Shown here one piece after another: positions 1-7,662 of a stretch of DNA of 64,000 nucleotides; the stretch's first letter is position 1; each line of letters starts with the position of its first letter. Position numbers and translations under genes: made by a program. The DNA lies in the NCBI GenBank assembly GCA_024639505.1, contig JAHEIE010000001.1, forward strand, positions 4,572 to 68,571. The letters are read 5' to 3'. The notes below the pieces were generated by a model. The model did not search any database. It saw nothing but the letters and a program-made list of their open reading frames with translations, and was not told where the DNA came from. Source of the DNA: Crocinitomicaceae bacterium. GTDB taxonomy: Bacteria; Bacteroidota; Bacteroidia; Flavobacteriales_D; CAJJDF01.

Positions 1-477
1 CACCTTAATCTTACACTAAAACAGCTTGTGATTGAACTAAACAACAGCATTTTACTAGCTGCAAAAGGAGAAAAGTTTATTACTTTTTTCATTGGGTATT
101 ACAAGAGCAAAGAACGAGTATTGAGGTATGTAAACGCAGGCCATAATTATCCTATACTAGTAAGTAAGAAAGAGGCTGAATTTCTAAAAACTGGGACTAC
201 CGTTCTTGGTGCTTTTGAAGAATTACCGCACTTAAATGTTGGTGAAGTCAGGCTTGAAAAAGAAACAATAATTATTTGTTATACCGATGGAATGGTAGAA
301 GTTGAAAATGAAGGAAACATTCAATTTCAATCTGAGAGACTGGCAGAAGTCGTATTAAATAACTCTGATCTCTCAATGAACAAAATGAATCAAACTCTCT
401 TTAATGCTTTAGAAGAATACAAAGGGACTAAACCATATCCAGACGACACCGCGGTGCTAAGCTTGAGAATTAAATAA
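1..477 (+). CDS. PP2C/SpoIIE-family serine phosphatase, C-terminal part (5' end lies outside the window)
   Basis: The frame is open from base 1, with no stop before the listed start at 28. Motifs NAGHNYPILV, YTDGMVEVEN and PDDTAVLSLRI match the end of a SpoIIE/RsbU-type PP2C domain. Confidence 0.7.
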   Translation, partial: HLNLTLKQLVIELNNSILLAAKGEKFITFFIGYYKSKERVLRYVNAGHNYPILVSKKEAEFLKTGTTVLGAFEELPHLNVGEVRLEKETIIICYTDGMVEVENEGNIQFQSERLAEVVLNNSDLSMNKMNQTLFNALEEYKGTKPYPDDTAVLSLRIK

Positions 478-1998
478 TTCAACGGCCAACTCTATATTTT
501 TTTTCTTTTTGTCTACTCGCGAAGATTTTGCTGTATCGGTATAAAACTTATGAGTTTTAAGAAATTTTACTTGGGCCTCATGGAACTCTAGAGGAGTTTT
601 TACCACATGATTTTCAATGTACTCATTCATCAGTTTATGGCTTATTTCTCTGAAATCACTCCTGCCCAAATAATCCAAATCCGAATCTTTCATGATTTCC
701 TCCAAAAGAGTTTTTGGCTCTCGGTTTGGTTCGGTAGCAATAATAAGACTTGCTATTAATTCTATTTGTTCTGGACTAAAATTATACTTTGGTAAAATCG
801 CCTGAGCGTACTTTGCTCCTATTTCCTCATTGTTGTTATATTGTGTCAAAAAACCAATGTCGTGAAGCAATGCGGCCGTTTTCAAAATCAAAATATCTTC
901 ATTAAATATCTCTTCTCCAAACCCCAAAAACTCTGCCGCAGTCATTACATTAAGTACATGTTTTTCGTTGTGGTAATAAATTCCGGCAGGCAATTCTTCT
1001 CTTAATTTTTGTTTTATATCCTTAAACAAGGAAATGTAATCTGGCTTGGAGTTTCTCAGGTTATTCACATATTTCCAAAACAAATTATTAGGTATGCAAC
1101 CGTCAGCATCTGCGGATAACTCTGGTTTTATTCTTTTTACAAAATACATGGATATGTTTCCCACATTTTTTGTTTTTATTTCACCTCTTTCTTCGCAATC
1201 AAAAAAAGGATATATTAATCGGTAAGTAGTCTCCGAAATATTAACTTTTCCCGGTAGTCCTGCCTCTTGCAGCCTACTCGCTACATTTACAGAGCTACCC
1301 CAAACGTCAAACATTGGTCTTTTGGTATCCAGCACTCCTGCAGCAATTTCGCCTGTAGTTATTCCTACCCTTATTTGCCAATTGAACTCCGTGTTTTGGT
1401 TAATTTTGCTGACTTCATGTTGCATTTGCAATCCAGAAAGCACAGTATATATTGGGTTTTTTTTATTCTTTTTAGGAACGCCACCCACTGCAAAATAACT
1501 GTCACCAATTGTTTTTATCAAAATCATTTTGTTTTCAGTAATTACCGAGTCAAATTTCTTGAAATATACGTTCAACGTGTCCACCAGTTCGTTGGCAGTT
1601 AGAAATGGTGTGACTTTAGAAAAAGCAACAAAATCAGCAAACAGTACAGAGGCCTCTGCGTAATATTCAGGTTCTATTTTTCCTTTGTTTTTTAAAACTT
1701 TCACAATTTTATCTGGAAAAATATCCCTCAGCAATTCATCCGATTTCTCATGCTCATATTCTAATAAGGCTTTTTGCTCCTCTATTTGTTCTTTTTGAGA
1801 AATAATTGTTGCAGTTCTTCGCTCCATAAAAGCTCGAATTCTTCTTTTTTGGCTTCTTCCCAAAAAATACAGATAAATAAAAGCAACAGCCAAAGCTCCG
1901 CACAACACTTGCCAAAAGGACATAGATTGTATGAGATTAGAAACAAATTGCGATTCTAACATAATTGGCTTTAATACGAAATAAACAATCGAGTTCAT
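457..1998 (-). CDS. Membrane-anchored class III adenylate cyclase fused to a C-terminal HD phosphohydrolase domain
   Basis: N-terminal hydrophobic helix. Cyclase motifs VLFADFVAFS, IKTIGDSYFAVGG and FDVWGSSVNVASRLQ. HD-type motifs YYHNEKH and AALLHDIGF follow. Confidence 0.8.
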   Translation of the reverse strand: MNSIVYFVLKPIMLESQFVSNLIQSMSFWQVLCGALAVAFIYLYFLGRSQKRRIRAFMERRTATIISQKEQIEEQKALLEYEHEKSDELLRDIFPDKIVKVLKNKGKIEPEYYAEASVLFADFVAFSKVTPFLTANELVDTLNVYFKKFDSVITENKMILIKTIGDSYFAVGGVPKKNKKNPIYTVLSGLQMQHEVSKINQNTEFNWQIRVGITTGEIAAGVLDTKRPMFDVWGSSVNVASRLQEAGLPGKVNISETTYRLIYPFFDCEERGEIKTKNVGNISMYFVKRIKPELSADADGCIPNNLFWKYVNNLRNSKPDYISLFKDIKQKLREELPAGIYYHNEKHVLNVMTAAEFLGFGEEIFNEDILILKTAALLHDIGFLTQYNNNEEIGAKYAQAILPKYNFSPEQIELIASLIIATEPNREPKTLLEEIMKDSDLDYLGRSDFREISHKLMNEYIENHVVKTPLEFHEAQVKFLKTHKFYTDTAKSSRVDKKKKNIELAVELFNSQA

Positions 1999-2041
1999 GG
2001 ATTCGATTCAAGGTTGGAAAAGTTTCCAACTCTAGTAATAA

Positions 2042-2986
2042 TTAGTTTTTCTTTGGCTTGGTTGGAGAAGTTTCCGACATTTTTTGCCCTACAAAGGTAC
2101 CTTCTATTATTTGCTGCTGAAAATCTTTCATTCCTCCTGGCGAATGAGGCACAAGAATCGTGTTATTCCCTTCTTTAGTACCAATGCTGTTCAGTGTATC
2201 GAAATATTGTGTAAGCAACACAAACTGCATTACCTCGGTAGAGTTTATTTCGTCCAAAGAATCTTTAAAATCTTCTATCGATTCTTTGAATCCTTTTACA
2301 ATTGCAATTCTTTGAGCAGCAACACCTTCTCCTTGTAGCCTTTTACTTTCGGCATCCGCTTCGGCTTCTTTCACAATCGTAATCTTAGTTGCCTCGGCTT
2401 CTTGTAATGCCGCTTCTTTGTCTCTTTTCGCAGCATTAATTCTGTTCATCGATTCCTTCACATTTTTGTCTGGGTCGATATCTGTAATAAGTGTTTTAAT
2501 AATCTCAAATCCATAATCATCCATTGAATGAGACAAACTTTCGTTCACCGCATTGGCAATGTCATCTTTACGAGAAAACACCTCGTCCAATTCCAATTTT
2601 GGAACCTCAGCTCTTATTACATCAAAAATAAAAGAGGATATTTGACGAGAAGAATCATCCAAACTATAAAATGACTCTTTAGTTTTACTAGGAATTACTT
2701 TGTACTGAACAGAAGCCTGCATCACCACAAACACGTTGTCCATTGTTTTGGTTTCTACGTGAACATCCAATTGAAGTACGCGTAAATTTACGGTGCCTGC
2801 AACAGAATCAATGATTGGGATTTTAAAACTTAATCCAGACTCGGCAATGCGAGTAAACTTACCTAGCCGCTGAATTACTTTTGCCGATTTCTCGGGAACA
2901 ATAACAATTGATAATACTAAAAATAGCACCGCCATTACTAGTAGTACAATAATTCCTGGGGACAATGTGGATTCTAAAAAAATCAT
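2042..2986 (-). CDS. SPFH/band-7 (stomatin/prohibitin-like) membrane protein
   Basis: N-terminal TM helix followed by VPEKSAKVIQRLGKF..GLSFKIPIIDSV and an Ala/Glu-rich coiled-coil tail, typical of SPFH domain proteins. Confidence 0.85.
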   Translation of the reverse strand: MIFLESTLSPGIIVLLVMAVLFLVLSIVIVPEKSAKVIQRLGKFTRIAESGLSFKIPIIDSVAGTVNLRVLQLDVHVETKTMDNVFVVMQASVQYKVIPSKTKESFYSLDDSSRQISSFIFDVIRAEVPKLELDEVFSRKDDIANAVNESLSHSMDDYGFEIIKTLITDIDPDKNVKESMNRINAAKRDKEAALQEAEATKITIVKEAEADAESKRLQGEGVAAQRIAIVKGFKESIEDFKDSLDEINSTEVMQFVLLTQYFDTLNSIGTKEGNNTILVPHSPGGMKDFQQQIIEGTFVGQKMSETSPTKPKKN

Positions 2987-3090
2987 AGGTTTTCGGTTTT
3001 TAGTGTTTCTTTATTAGAAACGAAATGATTTACTTCTTTTAAATTACAAATAAATCTTACTATTAACTTCATATTAGTTCATTTATTTAC

Positions 3091-3122
3091 AAAAAAATGC
3101 AGCGATTTAAAACCACTGCATT
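3091..3122 (-). terminator. Rho-independent terminator downstream of the ferritin gene
   Basis: On the minus strand there is a 7-bp stem (aatgcag/ctgcatt) followed by a T run (plus strand reads aaaaaaatgcagcgatttaaaaccactgcatt). Confidence 0.6.
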
Positions 3123-3142
3123 CTGCAATTTAAAACAAGAAA

Positions 3143-3664
3143 TTACACCGTAGTGTTATTGATTGTAATTTGCGGATTTTTAATATTTTTTAAATCTCTA
3201 TCAAAGTGATACAAACCACTTTTATCGTCTCCTATTAAGTTCAGTTGGTCAATAATGGTTCTTACCACTGCTTCTTCTTCTATTTGTTCAGAAACATACC
3301 ACTGCATAAAGTTCATTGTTGGGAAATCTTTTTCTTCGTGACAAATACCAACTACTTCATTTACTTTTGCCGAAACCGTTAACTCGTGTTTTAAAAATTC
3401 TTCAAACACGTAACGAATCGATTTAAAATCATTCGATGGCATATCAATTTGTGGAATAACTGCTTTTCCACCTCTTTCATTGATAAATTTTACGAGTCGA
3501 AGCATATGCATTCGCTCTTCGTCCGATTGCTCATAAAAAAATTCTGACGTTCCGCTTAGCCCATTTACTTCCGCCCATGAGGCAACAGCAAGGTAATAAT
3601 GAGAGGAGTATGCCTCTACGATTAATTGCGAATTTAGTGCTTCTTCTACTCTTTTGTTTAGCAT
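3143..3664 (-). CDS. ftnA: Non-haem ferritin
   Basis: 173 aa. LNSQLIVEAYSSHYYLAVASWA..EERMHMLRLVKFINERGG matches the ferritin diiron-site helices. Confidence 0.85.
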   Translation of the reverse strand: MLNKRVEEALNSQLIVEAYSSHYYLAVASWAEVNGLSGTSEFFYEQSDEERMHMLRLVKFINERGGKAVIPQIDMPSNDFKSIRYVFEEFLKHELTVSAKVNEVVGICHEEKDFPTMNFMQWYVSEQIEEEAVVRTIIDQLNLIGDDKSGLYHFDRDLKNIKNPQITINNTTV

Positions 3665-3751
3665 AATTTAGTTGTAGTTTTGTAAAACAAGATTGAATTA
3701 TAAAATTACAAAATATTTAATCAAATTGATAGTGTTAACCCTTAATATAGA

Positions 3752-4162
3752 ATGGATATGAATAAAATTGAACACATCGGAATCGCGGTAAAAGATATTG
3801 AAAAGTCCAATGCGCTTTTCTCTTCACTTTTCAATAAACAGCCCTACAAGCAAGAAGCAGTAGAATCTGAGCATGTAATTACCTCATTTTTTGAAACTGG
3901 CGAATCAAAAATTGAACTGCTACAAGCCACGAATGAGAGCAGTGCCATAGCCAAATTTATAGATAAAAAAGGGGAAGGAATTCACCATATCGCTTTTGAT
4001 GTAACTGATATTCACACAGAATTAGAACGATTAGAAAAAGAAGGGTTTCAGATCATTACAAAAGAGCCGAAAAAAGGTGCCGACAACAAATTAGTTGCCT
4101 TTTTACATCCTAAATCTACGAACGGAGTTTTGATAGAACTTTGTCAGGAAATAAAAGAATAA
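3752..4162 (+). CDS. mce: Methylmalonyl-CoA epimerase (VOC/glyoxalase-fold)
   Basis: 136 aa. IEHIGIAVKDIE, GEGIHHIAFDV and NGVLIELCQ are the typical epimerase metal-ligand blocks. Confidence 0.7.
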   Translation: MDMNKIEHIGIAVKDIEKSNALFSSLFNKQPYKQEAVESEHVITSFFETGESKIELLQATNESSAIAKFIDKKGEGIHHIAFDVTDIHTELERLEKEGFQIITKEPKKGADNKLVAFLHPKSTNGVLIELCQEIKE

Positions 4163-4247
4163 TCAAGTTTTTTGGTAATTACGACTTTCAATAATTATTC
4201 TGCAGATGGATTATAAATTCTTTATCTTCATTTTAAAATAATACAGC

Positions 4248-4700
4248 ATGTTAAATTGGAATTCTGTCATAAAATTTGCGAACCATGGTTCTCCTGAACC
4301 GGAAAAAAAGGTTGTGAAAACCGAAAAAGAATGGGAGAAAATTCTCACTCCTGAGCAATTCCGAATTGCAAGAAATAAAGGAACTGAAAGAGCTGGTTCG
4401 GGCGAATTTTGTGCTGCTCATGATCCTGGAAAATACAATTGTATTTGTTGCAACACTCCTCTTTTTGATTCAACTATTAAATTTGAATCGGGAACTGGAT
4501 GGCCAAGTTTTACTCAACCAATTAGCGAAAATGCCATTGGATACATAAAAGATACTTCATTTGGGATGATTCGTGTAGAGGTTATTTGCAACACTTGCGA
4601 TGCACATTTGGGACATGTATTTCCCGATGGGCCAGAGCCAAGCGGATTGAGATATTGCATCAATTCAGCCTCGATGCAGCTAGAAAAATCTCCGGTATAA
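4248..4700 (+). CDS. msrB: Peptide-methionine (R)-S-oxide reductase
   Basis: Two CxxC zinc motifs ([21 protein letters not shown]), GTGWPSF, and the catalytic RYCINS block. Confidence 0.9.
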   Translation: MLNWNSVIKFANHGSPEPEKKVVKTEKEWEKILTPEQFRIARNKGTERAGSGEFCAAHDPGKYNCICCNTPLFDSTIKFESGTGWPSFTQPISENAIGYIKDTSFGMIRVEVICNTCDAHLGHVFPDGPEPSGLRYCINSASMQLEKSPV

Positions 4701-6268
4701 TGAAAGATATATTTTCACTTCCGATTGCCCCTAGTTTTTCTTCTGAATTACCTGCCGATCCTCTGACAACCAATGTCTCGAGGCAAGTGGAAAGTTCGTG
4801 TTTTTCTTTTGTCAAACCTATTTCTCCGGCTCGCCCAGAATTAATTCATTATTCTGCGAGTTTGCTCAAGGAATGGAATGTAGGAATTGAAAATAAAAAA
4901 GAGTTTACTGAGGTTATGAGTGGAAACAAGTCTTTTTTAGGTTTTCGACCTTACGCTATGTGTTATGGCGGTCACCAATTTGGGCAATGGGCAGGGCAAT
5001 TAGGTGATGGAAGAGCAATTAATATTGCAGAATTAGAGGTAAACAACTCACTGTTAAAGTTTCAGCTAAAAGGTGCCGGGCCTACTCCTTATTCAAGGCG
5101 AGCAGATGGTTTGGCTGTTCTACGATCGTCTATAAGAGAATATTTGTGCAGCGAAGCAATGCACAATTTAAGAGTGCCTTCAACTCGGGCATTATCTCTC
5201 ATAAAAACGGGAGATATGGTTCCCCGCGACATACTATACAATGGAAATGTGAGGGCAGAACCGGGAGCCATTGTTTGCCGAACGGCTCCTAGCTTTATTC
5301 GATTTGGTAATTTTGAAATATTTGCATCTCGCCAAGACAAAAAAAACCTTACCAACCTGGTTGATTATACGATAAAACATCACTTTAAAGAATTGGGTTC
5401 GCCCAGTAAAACTACTTATTTGTCGTTTTTTGAAGAAGTTGTGAATCGAACTCTTTCACTTGTCATTCATTGGCAGCGAGTTGGTTTTGTGCACGGGGTT
5501 ATGAATACCGATAATTTATCTATTCTTGGACTTACAATTGATTTTGGACCTTATGGTTGGTTAGAGGATTACAATCCTGGGTGGACACCAAACACAACAG
5601 ATGCACAACACAGAAGATATAGATTTGGAAACCAGCCCAATGTAGCACTTTGGAATCTTACTCAATTGGCAAATGCCCTGTATCCATTGATTGACGAAGC
5701 TGAACCTTTGGAAAATATTTTAACAGGATTCAAAGTGAAATATGCTCACCAAAGCCATAGTATGATGTGTAATAAAATTGGACTTTATTCTTTTGATAAA
5801 GTCTCGGATGGACTTATATATACCTTAGAAGAAAACTTAAGAGTTTCTGAAATGGACATGACAATTTTCTTCAGAGAAATTTCTTCTTTTGAATCGTTTA
5901 AATGGCAAGATTTTAAGCTAATACTCAAACAATTCAGCTACATGGAAGAGTCCGAATTGATTTCTTATTTTCCGAAATGGAAAGACTGGTTTAAGGAATA
6001 TAAAAAGCTGGTGTTGACAGAAAATATTGAAAAAAAATCGAGGTTAGATAAAATGAAATTAACTAACCCCAAATATGTTTTGAGAAACTACATGGCTCAA
6101 TTAGCGATTGAGAAAGCCGAAATTGGAGATTATAGTTTAGTTGATGAACTATATACTTTGCTTCAGAATCCTTATGATGAGCAACCAGAATTTAAAAAAT
6201 GGTATGCAAAACGGCCTGAATGGGCAAAACAAAAAGTAGGTTGTTCCATGCTGTCTTGCAGCTCTTAA
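4700..6268 (+). CDS. selO: Protein adenylyltransferase SelO (YdiU/UPF0061 pseudokinase-fold AMPylase)
   Basis: Motifs GHQFGQWAGQLGDGRA, KGAGPTPYSR, DGLAVLRSSIREYL and HGVMNTDN, with a C-terminal CSS tail. I moved the start to the ATG at 4700, which overlaps the msrB stop (TAATG). The 38 upstream codons overlap msrB in another frame. Confidence 0.85.
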   Translation: MKDIFSLPIAPSFSSELPADPLTTNVSRQVESSCFSFVKPISPARPELIHYSASLLKEWNVGIENKKEFTEVMSGNKSFLGFRPYAMCYGGHQFGQWAGQLGDGRAINIAELEVNNSLLKFQLKGAGPTPYSRRADGLAVLRSSIREYLCSEAMHNLRVPSTRALSLIKTGDMVPRDILYNGNVRAEPGAIVCRTAPSFIRFGNFEIFASRQDKKNLTNLVDYTIKHHFKELGSPSKTTYLSFFEEVVNRTLSLVIHWQRVGFVHGVMNTDNLSILGLTIDFGPYGWLEDYNPGWTPNTTDAQHRRYRFGNQPNVALWNLTQLANALYPLIDEAEPLENILTGFKVKYAHQSHSMMCNKIGLYSFDKVSDGLIYTLEENLRVSEMDMTIFFREISSFESFKWQDFKLILKQFSYMEESELISYFPKWKDWFKEYKKLVLTENIEKKSRLDKMKLTNPKYVLRNYMAQLAIEKAEIGDYSLVDELYTLLQNPYDEQPEFKKWYAKRPEWAKQKVGCSMLSCSS

Positions 6269-6282
6269 ATCATCTTTTTGTT

Positions 6283-7491
6283 TTAGAAATGTAACTCAAA
6301 TTGTAATCTGTAAAAGAATTTATCATCTTTCGCTTCTACCTCTCGGTAACTCAAGTCTGTTTGAACTTTTAACTTATGTCCCACCACATATTTCGAAACT
6401 CCTACTGTGTATTCATTTTCTTTAGCCGATGAAACAGGATCTACGTGAGTATACCTTACCGATGGTTCCCAATTGTTTTTAAGAATAAATCCAGCCTGTA
6501 AATTTACGGCCTGACCCGTGTAATAAGTTCCCACTTGGTTGTTCAACAAATCAAATACTCTGTTATCACCTCCTCCCACTTCTCTGTGAGCGTATTCTCC
6601 CATCAGGGAAAAACCTTTGTACTTGAACATAAAATCTCCAAAGAAAGTATTCAATGTTTTGAGTTGGCTAGCCTCTACTGCTAAGAAATTACCCAATTGT
6701 CCTCGATTTCTTCCTGCTCTGTCATTGATGTCATAAGTTAATCCAATTCCCAATTTTGGCTTTGATTCTTTTTTCAAATCTGCACCGCTGTAATCACCTT
6801 TTGATTTGAATTTTCCAAAAGGTTGCAACTCCAATCTAAATGTATAGTCATATCCACCGATGTTTCCGCTCGTAATGTTTCTTCCTTCTCCCTGAGAAAA
6901 AGAAAAAATTTGTTCTGTATAGAATTGTTTACCCAATTTCCATTTATGTCTCAATTGAATTCCCATGTCACGGTCTATATTAAACCTACTGTTCAATCTA
7001 CTTCGATCCACCATTTGCATATTTGCCGAAGAAATAACCCTTTCTCTGTTTCCAGGAAGTTTAGTTTGACCTGCCCAAAGCCATAGGTTTTTAGAAAAAT
7101 TCCATTTCACAACCGCATCCAACATTAGTCGAGAAGCATTGCTGTATTCAGGAGAATCTCCTCCACTCATATCTCTATTTGTAAGAGCCATTTCTATTTT
7201 ATACTGAAATTTTGGATTGAAAGCATATCCTTTAAATTTCAATCTTGATCTTCGCAATAAAAAATTAGAACTGTGATTTTCCAATTTACCCATATCGTCA
7301 CCGGCTACATCCCAATTGTTTGTATACAAAGCCTGAAACCTCATACCTACGTTCATTGTAAACGAAGAATCCTTGGCCATAAAATCTATTCCTTTGCCAA
7401 AGGTGTTGGTAGTAATTTGCGTTTGAACTTGAATAGTATTGAAAAATACTATGTAAATACTTAAAAAAAAGGTTACTTTGTTAAACTTCAT
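6283..7491 (-). CDS. Outer-membrane porin, probably of the phosphate-selective porin O/P family
   Basis: Signal peptide, alternating beta-strand pattern and a C-terminal ...QFELHF. It is divergent from a Na/Pi cotransporter gene. The family call is context-based. Confidence 0.55.
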   Translation of the reverse strand: MKFNKVTFFLSIYIVFFNTIQVQTQITTNTFGKGIDFMAKDSSFTMNVGMRFQALYTNNWDVAGDDMGKLENHSSNFLLRRSRLKFKGYAFNPKFQYKIEMALTNRDMSGGDSPEYSNASRLMLDAVVKWNFSKNLWLWAGQTKLPGNRERVISSANMQMVDRSRLNSRFNIDRDMGIQLRHKWKLGKQFYTEQIFSFSQGEGRNITSGNIGGYDYTFRLELQPFGKFKSKGDYSGADLKKESKPKLGIGLTYDINDRAGRNRGQLGNFLAVEASQLKTLNTFFGDFMFKYKGFSLMGEYAHREVGGGDNRVFDLLNNQVGTYYTGQAVNLQAGFILKNNWEPSVRYTHVDPVSSAKENEYTVGVSKYVVGHKLKVQTDLSYREVEAKDDKFFYRLQFELHF

Positions 7492-7662
7492 ATTAATTAA
7501 TAGTTAATAATTGAGGTCAAAACTACATAAAATTAACACTGAATTTACTTAAGATTGAGAATTGACACTTTCTTAATCTACATTTAACATTAACTTAATA
7601 TTGAGAATCTTTCCAATTAACACATAAAAGCTACTTTTGAACAAAATTGATATCTATTCATT

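Noticed and set aside
457-1998. The cyclase read as part of a cyclic-nucleotide antiphage system (Pycsar or CBASS-like).
   Set aside because: No adjacent effector with a cyclic-nucleotide-binding, TIR, TM-effector, patatin or nuclease domain is present. The neighbours are a convergent PP2C phosphatase and an SPFH protein. The base-specifying residues look like an ordinary adenylate cyclase, so a signalling role is the conservative reading.
3665-3751. An inverted repeat ttttgtaa ... ttacaaaa (3678-3685 / 3706-3713) upstream of the ferritin gene, considered as a Fur or PerR box.
   Set aside because: It has only 8-bp AT-only arms in an AT-rich divergent promoter and no resemblance to the GATAATGATAATCATTATC-type Fur consensus. 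Chance occurrence is likely.
4586-4699. The upstream extension of the SelO ORF, with a start at 4586.
   Set aside because: The 38 extra codons overlap the well-supported msrB frame, are Cys/Arg-rich, and lack similarity to SelO N-termini. The ATG at 4700, overlapping the msrB stop, is a far more plausible start.
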